Shown: positions 31,310 to 45,572 of the stretch, in pieces
Position numbering within the stretch: position 1 is the stretch's first letter
Layout: every line of letters begins with the position of its first letter
DNA from: the human T2T-CHM13v2.0 reference genome, Homo sapiens
Strand: one strand, 5' to 3'
Length of the DNA: 64,000 nt
Assembly (NCBI RefSeq): GCF_009914755.1
Contig: NC_060947.1
The notes under the pieces: model-generated
What the model was told of the DNA's origin: nothing
Database searches by the model: none
What the model saw: only the letters and a program-made list of their open reading frames with translations
Translations under genes and position numbers: made by a program

Positions 31310-34309
31310 ATTAATAGCTTTGTTGAGGTATAATTGACATACAGTAAACTGCACATGTTTAAAGTGTACAGTTTGATAATTTTTGACACATTTATACATC
31401 CGGGAAACCATCATCACAATAAAGATAGTGAACACATCCTTCTCCTCAAATTTTCCTTGTTCCTCTTGGTCATCCTTCACTCCTTCTCCTTCCCACCCCC
31501 AGTTCCCAGGTAAACACTACCTGCTTTCTGTCGCTATCGATTAGTTTGCATTTTCTAGACTATTATGTAAATAAAATCATACAGTGTGTACAATTTTTGG
31601 TCTGGTTTCTTTCACTCAGCATAATTATTTTGAGATTAATTCATGTGGAACATATCAATAATGTGTTCCTTTTTATTGCTTTTTTATTGTGGAGTAGTAT
31701 TGTATGCTGTTTGTATGACCATACCACAATTTATTTATCCATTCATCTGTTAATGGACATCTGTAAATGTTTTAGTTTTGGACTATTACACATAAAGCTG
31801 TTATAAACATTTGTATACAAGCCCTTGTGTGAACACGTGCTTTCATTTCTCTTTGATAAATACTTAGGAGTGGAATGGGTAAATCATATCATAGATGTAT
31901 GTCTTTAACTCTGAGAAACTACCAAATTTTTCCAATGTGCCTGTGCCATTTTACGGGCCCATCAATTGGGTGTGAGAGCTTCACTTCCTCTACATCCGTG
32001 TAAGCATATGATGTGATCAGTCTTTTTAATTTTAGCCATTCTAATGACGGTGTAGTTTATGTCATTTTGGTTTTAGTTGACATTTCCCCAATGGTCTTGG
32101 GCATCTCTTCATGTGCTTATTAACCATTCGTATATCTTCCTCGGTGAAGTGTCTGTTCAAATCTTTTGCCCAAGTTTTTAAAAATTGGGCTGTTTGGTTT
32201 TTGTTATTGAGTTTTCAGGGCTCTTCAATATGTTTAGATACAATGTCTCTACCATATATACGGTTTTCTTCCTATATATGGTTTTCTTCCTATCTGCTGC
32301 TTGTCCTTTAATTCCTTTAACAGTGTCTTTCAAAGAGTAAATGTTTTTAACTTAGATGAAGCCCAGTTATGAATTGGGTTTTGATGTCACATCTAACAAA
32401 TCTTTGTCTAAACTGAGGTCCCAGTGGTTTTCTCCTTTAGTTTCTTCTAGAAGTTTTATATTTTTAGGTTTTACATTTAGGTCTGTGATCTCTTTAATAT
32501 TTGTATGTAATGTGAGGTATGGGTAATAAGAGGTTTGGGGGATTTTTTGCGTATCTATATCTGAGTTTTCTAGTACCATTTGTTGAAAGTACCTCTTGCT
32601 CTACTGAATTTTCTTTGCACTTTTTAAAAAATTCATTTGTCTATATATGTGTATCAGTTAGGGTTCCCCATAGGAGCAGAACCAGTAGGATATAGATATA
32701 AAGATATTTATTATGAGGGATTGGCTCATACAGTCATGCAGGCTGAGCAGTCCCATGCTCTGCCAACTGCAAGCTGGAGGCTCAGGAGGGCCAGTGGTGC
32801 AATTCTAGCTCAAGCCCAAAGGCCTGAGAATCAGGGGAGCCCATGATGTAAGTCCCAGTCTGAGTCCAAAGGCCTGAGAACCGGGGATGGGGGGTCAATG
32901 GTGTAAGTCTCAGTTCAAATCTGAAGGTCCAAGAACCAGGAGTACTAATATCCAAGGACAAGAGAAGACGAATGGCCCAACTCAAGCAGAAAGAGCAAAT
33001 TCTCCTTTTCTCTATCTTTTGTTCTATTCAGGCCCTCAAAAGATTGGATGATGCCCACCCACATTGGTGACGGTAGATCTTCTTTACTCAGTCTACTGAT
33101 TCAAATGCTAATCTCTCCTGGAAACACCCTCACAGACACATGCAGAAATAATGTTTTACCAGCTATCTGGACATTCCTTACCACAGTCAAGCTGACACAT
33201 ACAATTAACCATCACAGTATGCATCAGTGTATTTCTGTACTCTCCATTCGGTTCCACTGACCTTTATGCTGGTACCGCATTGCTTTGACTGTTGTAGCTT
33301 TATAATAACCTCAAATGAGGCCCTGTTCATCCTGTAAATTTATTTTTTTCTAAAGTTGTTCTGGTCTTTTGTATTTTCATTTGAATTTTAGGATCATATT
33401 GCCAATTTTTACAAAAACACTGATGGGATAATGATTGAGATGGTGTTGAATCTGTAGACCAAGTTAAGAAGACTTGGCATCTTAACAATATTGAGTCTTC
33501 TGACCTATGAATGAGGGCGATATCTCCATTTATTTAACCTTTCTTTATGTCAGCAACATTTTATACTTTTCAGTGCATAGATCCTTCACTATATTGTTAA
33601 ACTTTTGTCTAGTATATCATTTTAGATGCTATTGTGAATTTTTAATTTCACCACTTGATTGGTCATTGATACCAATAGAAATAAAATTGATTTTTGTATA
33701 TTGATTTTGTACTCTGCAACATTGCTAAATTTACTAGTTTTAGTAGTGTGTCATCTGCAAATAAAGGCAATTTTACTTATTTTTTTCCAATTTGGAAGCC
33801 TTTCATTTGTTTCTTTCCTAATAATCCTGTTGAATAGAAGTGGTGAAAGCAGACATTCTTGTCTTATTCCCAATCTTAAGGAGAAAGCTTTCAGTCTTTC
33901 CCCTTTAAGTATGATGTTAGCTGTAGTGTTTTGTACCTTGCCATCATCAGGTTGAGGAACACTTCCTTTCTATTCCTGATTTGTTGAGTGCATCATGAAA
34001 AGATCTGAATTTTGTCATTGAGGTGATTATATATATATTTCCCTTTAATCAATTAATATGGGGGTATTACATTAATTGATTTTTGGATATTAAACAAATC
34101 TTGCATTTCTGAGATAAATTGCACTTGATCACGGGGTATAATACTTTTTACAGTTTGCTGGATTTAGTTTGCTAGTATTTTGTTGAGAATATCTGAGCAT
34201 TTATTCATAAGGGCTATTGGTCTGCAGTTTTTCTCTCCTGTGATGTCTTTTATTTTGGTTTCAGGGTAATAGTACCCTCAAAGAATAACTTTGGGAAGTG
34301 TTCCTTCAT

Positions 34310-34344
<35 letters not shown>

Positions 34345-35584
34345 TTGAAGAGTTTCTGAAGGATTGCTGTCAATTCTTCCTTAAACATTTGGTAGAATTG
34401 AGGAGTGAAGCCATCTGGCCTTGAAATTTCCTTTCTGAGAATATTTTAAACTGCAAGTTCAATTTCATTAATGGTTATAGGGTTATTTGGGTTATATATT
34501 TCTTCTTGAGTGAGCTTTGGTAGTTTGTGTCTTTCAGGAGTTTGTCTATTTCCTATAAGTTGTCAAATTTATTGTTGTACATTGTTCATATTATTTTCTT
34601 ATAATTTGATTATCTGTAGAATCTGTAGTGATATCACCATTCTGATTTCTGCTATTGGTTAATTTGTATTTTTTATCTTTTTTTCTCATCTCTCTTGTTA
34701 GAAGTTTATCAATTTTATTGTTCTTCCTAAAGAATCCCCTTTTGGTTTCATTGATTGTCCCTACTGTTTTTCTATTTCATTGATGTTGCTGTGATCTTTA
34801 TTTCCCTTTTTGTACTTTCCTTGGGTTTCCTGGGCTCTTCTTTTCCTAGGTTCTTAAAGGAAAAGCTAAGGCTGTTGATTTGAGACATTTCTTTTCAAAT
34901 ACAGGCATTTAGTAACATAAGTTTCCTTATAAGTACTGCTTTGGTGTCATCACATAATTGTTACGTTATGTTCTCATTTTCATACTGGTTAAAATATATG
35001 ATCATTTTGCTTTGGTTTCTTCTTTGCCCCATAAGTTACTTAGGAGTATATTACTTAGTTCTCCAAATATTTGGGTTTTTTTTCCAGATATGTTTCCCTT
35101 ATTGATTTCAAATTTAATTTTATTGTGGTCAGAGAACAAACTTTGCATGACTTAGACTTTAAATGTATTGAGATTTGACTTACAACCCACAATATTATGT
35201 ATCTTGATAAATATCTCATATGCATTTGAAAATAGTGCAAATTCTGATGTTACTGGGATTATTCTGTAAATGTAAATTAGGTCAATTTAATGGCTAGTGT
35301 AGTTCAAATTTTCTATGTCTTTACTAATTTTCTGTCTACTTGTTTTTTCACTTATTGAGAGAAGGGTATTGAAACCTCTGACTATGATTATGGACTTGTC
35401 TACTTCTCCTTGTGGTCCTATCATTGTTTATTTCATATATTTTGAAGCTCTCTTGTTGGGGGCATAAAAGTTTAGAATATTTTGTTCTCTTGATTGACAA
35501 CTTTATTATGAAATGACTTATTTGTTCTTGATGATGTTTTTTCCTCTGAAATCTACTTTGTATGATATTAATACAGCCACTCTG
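31310..35584 (-). mobile_element. Long old L1M antisense element
   Basis: Continuous antisense L1 3'-UTR/ORF2 motifs; (TTTA)n at about 34307-34346. Confidence 0.85.
32649..33216 (-). mobile_element. MLT2-type LTR inserted in L1
   Basis: Ends aattaaccatcaca; contains aggcctgagaa repeats. Confidence 0.8.
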
Positions 35585-35805
35585 GCCTGTGGCTAACTCT
35601 ATCGTTCCTTTCTTCCAGGGACAAAAACCTGAATGAGACGCCTCTACCCAGGGAGGGACTGAAATTGATCACAAAGTGTCTCCTCCAAGAAGCTGGAAGC
35701 TTGTTAGAACTATTCATGAAAAATAATTCTATGAGTGTTTTCCTTTAAGGTAAGTTCTATTTCTTCAGAAGGACAAAACAAAACAAAACAAAACAAAACA
35801 AAACA

Positions 35806-36283
35806 AAAGGGTAAGGAAGAGGCAGGGCCCCCTCTCAACCAAAGTCCAGAAGCCCTCTGAAGGTGAGTGACCCACCCAGGCTCCTCCTCATCTACCCCTT
35901 GACTCTTCCCTCCCAAGACGCCTTACCCTGTCCTCGCCTGGCACAATCCCTACCCCAGCCTGCACCCTTTATTGATGAAACCCCCATTCCCACCCCTCCC
36001 CCATCCTCTTCCCCAAAACCAGTGCCCTTCTGTGATCTCCCTGTTGTCCTTCCAAGTTCCAAAGACAACCTGGAAGGGAAAAGGGACCCTTCGAGAAAGT
36101 TCCAGGAAAAAAACCACTCCCAAAAAGACTACCACTTCAAGAAAACCTGAGGAAGGGAACGGGCCAACACTATCCAGCCACTATGACCAGCTGAATAGGA
36201 AACTCACTCAAAATGAGCCATAGCAGGACCGAGTTAGCCAGGAGACCTCCACAATCTCCAGCGTCTCCCTGGACAGCCAGTAA
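35806..36283 (+). pseudogene. 5'-truncated duplicate (copy A) of the same two-exon gene
   Basis: Exon 1 remnant (GRGRAPSQPKSRSPLK) with donor gtgagt at 35863. The homologous acceptor reads ccttccaa (AG>AA). Exon 2 from 36056 reads VPKTTWKGKGTLRESSRKK...QNEP, then a premature TAG at 36221 (CAG in copy B) and the ancestral TAA at 36281. AATAAA at 36408. Promoter and ATG are missing. Confidence 0.75.
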
Positions 36284-36407
36284 TTTCAAGGCAAGTTCAG
36301 AGGCCTAGATCTATCTGAGAGGTCTCCAGAGATCTGACCCCAAAGAACTAGCTAGCAGGGTCTAGGATACATTCTATACCCCACAGGGTACGCCCCATGG
36401 TGATGAA

Positions 36408-36455
36408 AATAAAATGAATCTGTTGTAAAATGATGTGAGTGTCTTCATGTTCTAG
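36408..36455 (+). terminator. Poly(A) signal, copy A
   Basis: AATAAA at 36408-36413 followed by tgatgtgagtgtcttcatgtt. Confidence 0.5.
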
Positions 36456-37039
36456 GATGGTGGGGAGGGAGGAAGGAGGGAAGAGGTGGTGTGTGGACAG
36501 GGAGGGAGGTGGGTGTTGCGGGGTTGGGGCCAGAAGGACAGGTCCACAGTTAACCAGACATGGAGGGATAAGGACTAGGTTAGCACTGAGCACTGAAGAC
36601 AAATTTCCTCCTTATCACTATCTCACTAGTAAGAAAGTAAAAGGCCTGGTGTTTTCGCATGTATTTGCAGGGGGTAGGGGTAGGTGAGCAATATCAGCTT
36701 ATAAATTGCCAGAACCTAGATGGTGTGATATATGTAGGATGATAGTATCAACTCTCTAAAAAGGGAGACAAATATATCACCTCTAAGCCACCTACCTCAT
36801 AGTGGCGTTTCTTGCATCCTGCCCTATGCTGGAAACAACTAAAGGGCCTTCAGAGGGTCCAAAAATCTCATTCTACTAAAAGCTGATGACAACACCCCAA
36901 AGGACTGAAATAATGGTGTTTGGAGGCTACAGACCCAACACTGATTAGCCCACTTTGTTGTCAAGAAAATTTTTGATAGAATAGTTGGCTACTCAGGGCA
37001 GGGCAACAGAAGTAGCTTGCCCCTGGTGCTTTGGGGAGA

Positions 37040-40000
37040 ATTTAATAATATGTAATGCTTATGTGGGAAAAAAAAGGGAAATCTGAAATCAGTGATATAA
37101 ATTTCTATCTTGTGAAACTACAACTATAAAAAGTAAATCCAAAGCAAACAGAATGCCAAAGTAAGGAAATACTAAAGAGCAGAAATCAATGAAATTGAAA
37201 ACAAAATTATTAGGGAAAAAAATCACTGAAACAAAAAACTCTTTCTTCCTTTCTTTTTTAGTGACAGGTTCTCACTCTGTCACCCAGGCTGGAGTACAGT
37301 GGTTTGATCATGATTCACTGCAGCCTTGAACTCCTGGGCTCAAGCAATCCTCCTTCCTCAGCCTCCTGAGTAGCTAGGACTACAGGTGCATGCCACCATG
37401 CCCAGCTAATTTTTTAAAAAAAGATGTGTACAGATGGCATATGTTACCCAGGCTGTCCCCAAACTCCTGGTGTTAAGCTGTCCTCTCACCTCAGTTTCCA
37501 AAATGCTGGGATTGCATGCATGCATTACCACATCTGGCCAAAAAGCCATTTCTTTATTAAAAAAAAATCGGTGAAATTGACAAACCCCTGGCCAGACCAA
37601 TGGAGAGAAGACACAAATTACTGATGTCTTGAATGAAAGGGAGGCTATCACTATAGATGCTATAGACATTAAAGGGATGATTAAGGAATAACATGGACAA
37701 CTCGATGCTCATAAATATAACAGCTTAGATAAAACAAACAAATTCTCTGAAAGATACAAACTTAGAGAAATCACTTAAGAAGAAAGAGGCAACCTAAAAA
37801 GTCATATTTATATTAAAGAAATTGAATTCATAGTTTAAAACCTTCCACAAAATAAAACTTCAAGTCCAGATGATCTCATTAGCAAATTCTCCCAAACATT
37901 TAAAGGAGAAATAATACTCCATCACACAAATTCTTCAGAAAATAGAAGAGGTGGAAATTCTTCCAAACTCATTTTATCATCAGTACTAACCTAATTACCA
38001 AAATTAGACAGTCATTACAATAAAGAAAAACTACAGACCAGTATTCCTCATGAACATAAATGTAAAAGTTCTCACCAAAATACTAGCAAATTAAATTCAA
38101 CAATATATTAAAAGGATAATGCATCATGACCAAGTGAGGTTTATCCTGGAAATACAAGGCTGCTTCAACATTCAAAAGTCAGCCAATATAGCATACTAAA
38201 GAAAAAAATCACCCAGTCATATCAGTCGATGCAGAAAAAGTATTTGCCAAAATCCAATAACCATTTATGATTTAAAAAAAACTATGCAAACCAGGAATAA
38301 AAAGTAATTCCTACATCCTGATAAAGAGCATCTATAAAAATCCTAAAGCTAGTATCATACCTAATGATGAAAGACTGAATGCTTTTCCTCTAGATAGAGA
38401 ACAAGGTAAAGATGTCTGCTTTCACCACTCCTATGCAATATCATACTTGAAATCATAGCAAGTGCAATAAGGGAAAAGAAAGAAAATGCATACACATTGG
38501 AAAAGAAGAACTAAAACTGTCTCTATCAGGAGACAGCATCACTATCAAAGTAAAAAATTCCAACAAAATCTAAAATATATCCAATGAAATCTTACGCGTA
38601 CTCAGTTTGAGAGTCACAGTGCAAGGTCACAGTGTAAAAGGTCTTCATATAGAAATTAATTGTATTTCTATATATCGGCAATTCATATTTGAAAATTTAC
38701 ATTTTTATTAGCTTTACTAAAGTACAATTGATATACAAAAACTGCACGTTTAATGTATACAATTTGATGAGTTTGAATACATGCATAAACCCATGAAACC
38801 ATAACCACAATCGAGGTAATAAACATATTTATCACCTCCAAAAGTTTCCTTGTGTTCCACTGTGTCTTTTTAATTAATGTGGTAAAATTATCTAACATGA
38901 GATCTATCCTCTTAAAAATTGTAAAGTGCACAAAAGGCACTATGCTGCGCGACAAATCTCTAGAACTTATTCATCTGCATAATTGAAACTTTATACCTAC
39001 TGAGCAGCAATACCCCTTTTCCTCCTCCTTCCAGCCCTTGGCAACCATCATTCTATTCTCTGCTTCTATGGGTTTGACTATTTCTAATACTTAAAGACCT
39101 AAAAAATGGAAATACATACTCTAGTTATGAATTGGAAGACTCACTATCATTAAAATGTCAATTATCTGCAAACTGATCTATGGATACAGCCCCAACAAAA
39201 TCACAGGTTTTTTTTTTGTAGTTATCAACACATTGATTTTATGATTCATATAGAAAGACATAGGAAATAGAATAAAAATGAAATTTTGGAAAAGAAGAAC
39301 AAAGTTGGAAAAGTCATACTACCTGCTTGTAAGACTTAATATAAAGCTAAAGTAAACAAACCAGTGTGATGTTGGTGGAGGAACTGACCCATAGATCAAC
39401 AGGAAAAAAAAATAGGGAACCTATAAATAGACCCACACACATACGAATAATTGATTTTTGACAAAACTTCAATGGCAATTCAATGGGGAAATAGTTTTTT
39501 CAACAAATAGTACTTAAACAATCAGACATCCATATGCAAAAAAAGAACTTTGACTTATACCTCAAATCTCATCACAAGTTAGCTCAAAATGGATCATAGA
39601 CATAAATGAAAAGCATAAAATCATAAAATTCTAAATTAAAACATAGGGGAAAAATCCATTTGGCCTTTGGTTAGGCAAAAAGGTTTTAGATATGCCAAAA
39701 GCATGATCCATAAAAGAAAAATATATATCAGCTTTATATAAATTAAAAACATTTCCTTTGCAAAAAATACTATTAAAAGAATAAAAGTATAAGCTATAGA
39801 CTGGGAGAAATTATTTGTAATCAGATATTTGAAAAAGGAACTGTATTTAGAATACACAAGGCAATCTCAAAACTCAACAACAAGATCAAACAATCCAATT
39901 AAGAAAATGGATAAAATATTTGAACAGATACTTCACCAAAGAAGATACATGATGGACCAAAGAGGATATACAGAATATATATACATAAGACAAATAAGCA

Positions 40001-40810
40001 CATGAAAAAATACTTGGCATCATTAGTTGTTTTGGAAATGCACTTTGAAACCATAATGAGACACTACTACACATCTATTAGAACATTAAAAAGTAAAGAA
40101 AAGAGGAAAGAACTGACAAACCAAGTGCTGGTGAGGCTGTGGAGCTACTGGAACCCTCATCCAGTGCTGGTGGGAACGCCAAATGGTACTGTCATTTTGT
40201 AAGACATTTTGGCAGTATTTTTAATAAAGTTAAATATACACTTCTCATGTGATGCAGCAGTCCTATTCCTAGGTATTCACCCAAGTGAAATGAAAACACA
40301 TGTTCATACAAAAACTTGTAGTCAATGTTTATAGTAGCTTTATTCATAATTGTCCAATAAAAACTGGAAACAACCCAAACATCCCTTAATTTAGAAATGC
40401 AAACTGTGACCTATCCATCCAATGGAATACTTCTCAGTAACAAAAAGAACAAACTCTTGATACACACAACAACATGAATGAATCGCGACTGCATCATCCT
40501 GAGTGAAAGAAGCCCATCTGAAAAGGCTACATATTCTGTGATTTCATTCCTATGACATCCTAGAAATGGCAAACCAGTAGGGATGAAGAATAGATCAGTG
40601 GTTGCAAGGGATTATATGCGTGGGGAGGAGTTTTCATTACAAAGAGGTAGCCTGAGAGAAGGTTTTTGGGGTAGTGATGGAACTGTTCTGTGTCTCAATT
40701 GTGGTAGTGGTTGTATAACTCTGTACATTGTTAAAACTCATCAAACTGGACACCAGAAGAGTGAATTTTTCTGAATGTAAGTGGAAAATAAATTTTAATA
40801 AAAACTTGCA
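37040..40810 (+). mobile_element. L1M ORF2/3' region with nested AluJ (37245-37539, -) and antisense L1MA (38700-39085)
   Basis: L1 ORF2 motifs such as gatgcagaaaaag and aagactgaatgcttttcc. Confidence 0.85.
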
Positions 40811-40816
40811 AATGAA

Positions 40817-40935
40817 TTAGGCATGGTGGCACATGCCTGTAATCCCAGCTATTTGGGAGGCCAAGGCAGGAGGATCACTTGAGCCCAGTTCAAAAATAGC
40901 CTGGGCAACATAGTGAGACTCTCTGTCTCAAAAAC
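40817..40935 (+). mobile_element. Alu monomer (FLAM-like)
   Basis: Single Alu arm. Confidence 0.8.
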
Positions 40936-41531
40936 AATTATAAATGAAAAGAAATCTGCTTGGCTAATTTTGGATAAAAGTCTGTAGGGGAGCAAAAGTG
41001 GATTGAGTAAACCAGTTAGTAGGTTATTCCAATTTCCCATGAGAGATGTAGGGTTATAACAGAGAAAGTTGATCAGAGTGGACAGATTTGAGAGCGATAC
41101 GGAAGTAGAAAAAACAGTGTGAGGTTGATTGTGTGGCTGAGAAAGTGGGACTAGTCTAGAATTACTCTTAGGTTTCTAAGTTGTTAACCAGAGTCAGTAT
41201 TGTCATTTACTAAAATAGAGAAGAGAAGAGTAGGGCCAGGTTTGGGAGAAAGATAATATGTTCATTTGGGGACATAGGATATCGTGCGTGGATGTCAAGG
41301 TAAAGATGGCCAGCAGTGACTCAGATATCCAAGCTTGGTGCTCAGAAGGAAAATGTCTGCATTAGCGATGAAGATTTAGGAGCCCATTGAATTGGAAGCA
41401 TTCCATCAACATGTAACACATTCTTTTATTTTGGCCCCTCTGTTGCATTTAACAGTTGTTGTCTACCTCCTTTTTGAAGCTCTCTATTCTCTTGACTTGT
41501 GTGCCACTGCACCGTCCTGGTTTGTCTCACA

Positions 41532-41825
41532 TTTTTGTTTTCTGAGACAGGGCCTCACTCTATCACCAAGGCTGGAGTGCAATGGCATGATCTCGGCTCA
41601 TTGCAGCCTCAACCTCCAGGGCTCAGGTGATCCTCCCACCTCAGCCACCCTGAGTAGCTAGGACTACAAGCGTGCACTATTATGCCTGGCTAATTTTTGT
41701 ATTTTTGTAGAGATGGGGTTTCAGCCATGGTGCCCAGGCTGGTCTCGGACTCCTGGGCTCAAGCAATCCACCCACCTCAGTCTCCCACAGTGCCAGGATT
41801 ATAAAGGTAAGCCAACGCACCTAGC
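41532..41825 (-). mobile_element. AluJ
   Basis: Diverged antisense Alu within L2-like sequence. Confidence 0.9.
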
Positions 41826-42986
41826 TTTCCTCACATTTCTATGTCTTTTTTTTCTACTTTCTTTGTGGACTCCTCTATGTCCATCCAATAAATATTTTTC
41901 TAGGACCTACTAGGTGCAAAGTTACATACTAAGTGTTGAGGTAGCAATAGTAAGTAGGAGCCAGTGCCTGCCCTCAGAGTGCACAGCCTAGTGATCTCTT
42001 CCCTGGCCTTCCCTTTAAATGTTGGTATCCCCAGGCTTCTGCCTACTGCTCTTCCTGGTTTTTGTACACTGTCCTGTTGGAGCCTAGTCAAATAATTCTC
42101 CATGCTTACCCGCAGACTTCTCTTTAGTCTTTGATCAAGTGACTTGTATTTATCCATGGAAGACTTGAACCTATGTTCAAGTGGCAGCCCAAGAAGCAGA
42201 ATAGATGCATTTTAGCCCTGGCTCTGCCATTCAGTGGTTGTGTGACTTCAGTATGTCCCTTGCTCCCTCTCTGGGCTTTGAGGTCCCATCTATACAAAAA
42301 GAGGATAGTATCAGGCAATGTCTTTTTAAGACAGACTGTGATTCTGTTTCCTCAGGCTCTTCTCCAGATTTTTCTTCAGCTTGTTGTTACCCTCAAATTC
42401 TGTAAACTTCACGCCACCAATCATATCTCAGAGGTTGAAGGGCACTTACAACTACAAAGTTATGTCCCAGATTTTGGGCCTCTGGCCCAGTGTCTAATCT
42501 ATTAACCAATGGTCTGTTAACCGGATTATTCTTTAAGGAAGATGTTGAGGCTCCTTCCTTTCTACTACATCGATGAGCGTACCTTGAACCCCTGATGCCA
42601 GCCAACCTGAAACATGTCTGCCTCTTCCTGCCTACCTGCCGCCTAAACCCATTCTGTTCCAGAGCTATACAGGTGTACATTGGGAAGGCAGCCCCATTCA
42701 TCGTCAAGGCTGATATGTCTGCTTCTCCCAGATTACAATCTGTGTCAAAATTAGCTATCCTGCCAAGGGGAAGCTTTTAGCCACCTGGATAGAGATATCT
42801 TTGGCCACTTGCTGCTCTGTCCATGTGGTATTTAGCTTTTGTAACATCAGTTTTAATGCTCTACAAGCCATGTCTGCCTTTTCAGTTGGGATCCCAACCA
42901 ACGAAGAACTCCTCTTTTTTGGGGGGGGGGTGGGGGGATGATTATAAAGATTTATTTGCTATAGCATTTTTTTCCATTTTTAAATT

Positions 42987-43272
42987 CTTTTTTTTTTATT
43001 ATTATACTTTAAGTTCTAGGGTACGTGTGCACAATGTGCAGGTTTGTTACATATGTATACATGTGCCATGTTGGTGTGCTGCACCCATTAACTCGTCATT
43101 TACATTAGGTATTTCTCCTAATGCTATCCCTCCCCCAGCCTCCCACCCCACGACAGGCCCCAATGTGTGATATTCCCTGCCCTGTGTCCAAGTGTTCTCA
43201 TTGTTCAATTACCACCTATGAGTGAGAACACGCGGTGTTTGGTTTTCTGTCCTTGCGATAGTTTGCTCAGAA
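42987..43272 (-). mobile_element. Young L1PA 3' end
   Basis: tattatactttaagttctagggtacgtgtgcaca, near-identical to the element at 25408. Confidence 0.95.
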
Positions 43273-44169
43273 TTCCAGAACATTTTCTAACAAAGCCTTA
43301 AGATTTCCATTTTTGCAGACATCCAGCTGACTTTGTCCAGGGTTTGAAGTTACCACCTCTAACAGGCTCCGCCCTCAATCCCTGGAGGGTAAAAATAAGG
43401 TGATTATTTTCTCATACAGGGATGAAGAAATTGGACTCATCTATTCAAGTGCTTTGGGTTCCCAACTGTGTACCACATTATCAACACTTCTCAAGGGCAT
43501 CAATTGGAAAGTACCTGCAATGCCGCCCTGTTACAAATGTATTCAGACCTTTCAGTGGAGCAATGCAAGCTAATGAATACATTAACTCCCTCCTCATCAA
43601 GTTGTGCTTATTTATTCTGCTGCATTAAGCTCAGACATCAGAGAACAGACTGTCTGAACCTTGTTATCTTCCCAACTGGCAGAAATGCCTCCACCTCCCT
43701 CTTTCTGGAGGGTATAGTCCATTCTCCCAGGCTTGATGGTGCCATGAGCAGAAGCAGAGTTGCCATTCATTTGAGGCAGCACTTGCTGAAGTCATAGTAC
43801 ACTCTCATGCAGGTCCCAAGTGAAGACTTCTCAGTTTAATTGAGTTTCAGGACTCATTGGCCTTGGCTGCTGATCAGTCAGCTTTTGCTTTAATTTTTTT
43901 TGTTGCCAGAAAACAACCACCACAAAAACCAGTAAATTTCCCTTTGTGCCTTAGCTTCCAGAAAGCTGCCAGCCAAGGTCAATGCCCCATGCAACTCTCT
44001 AACACTCTGTCTCCACAGTAGGGAACACGCTCTGCCTTTCTTAGCCTTAATTGCCCCACTGGGCACTGTGTTTTGGCCTCTAGGTGGCCCCAGAGCATCT
44101 AAGATGAATGAGAAGAGGCTGAATAATAAATTCATAGGCATTCATAAGGTCTTCAGGAGTCTAGGTCCT

Positions 44170-44710
44170 ACTCAAGTACATTCAAAGCAAGCTTAAAAGG
44201 GGTTGTTCCCCAGCTTTCGTGATCTGGCTTCTGTTCACCCTGCAGGCTCATTTTTCTCCAACTTCCCCTTCACTTGCGCCACTTCAGCCACATAAGTCTC
44301 GTCTTTTTCCTGTAATACTCCAAGTTCTTTCCTATCCCAGGGCCTTCACTCATGCTGTTCCATTTGCTACCCCACCACCCTCAACCAACATTTGGTAACT
44401 CCTACTCCATCCATTAAGAGTAGGAGTTGAATATGATTTAATCAGAGATGATTTAATCTTCTCTGACCTTCCCAAACTGGATGAAGTCCCCCTTCTTATT
44501 CTGTTTCATAGAACCCTATACTCTTCTTTGATAGCAACTATCAAAATTTATCATTATTTTTGTAATTTTCTGTTCATTGGATCTCTCCTCTACCAGGCTA
44601 TAAGCTCTAGGAAGTCAGCAACCATGTTTAGCTTTGTTCTCTGCTGGATTTCTAGTGCCTGGAACATACTAAAGGCTCAATATACACATAGTGAGTGAAT
44701 GAACAAGTGA
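44170..44710 (+). mobile_element. L2 3' end
   Basis: Ends with tctagtgcctggaacata..gtgagtgaatgaa. Confidence 0.7.
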
Positions 44711-45006
44711 ATGACTACCCTGGAGGACAGGCAGAAATGTTACTCTTGAAGGTAGACAACTCAAGAGAAACTATTTGAATTTACCACTACATTAGCCAGG
44801 CACCTGAGGTGGTCAGGGCTCTTGCAGTTCCATTTCAGTCAGAAGACAGATCATAGGAAACAGTCCCCATTTGAGCTCTGGCACAGAGGCCTGAAATCTA
44901 GATTTTTCTTTGAGCTCTTCTACTTACTGGTTTTGTGATCCTAATCAAGCTTTTTGCCTTCTGGGACCTCAGTCTCCTTCTATGACAATACTAATTCTTG
45001 TCCTGC

Positions 45007-45572
<566 letters not shown>

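Larger units (their letters stand above)
35585..36610 (+). repeat. Local duplication, paralogous to 51965-52160 plus 53700-54525
   Basis: Colinear matches include taactctatc..tttcttccagggacaaaaacctgaatgaga, ggccccctctcaacca, gtctccctggacagccagtaatttca and actgagcactg..caaatttcc. Confidence 0.95.

Noticed and set aside
43400-43800. Acceptor-like site followed by frames open for 50-109 codons
   Set aside because: No convincing donor and no recognisable protein; compatible with chance.
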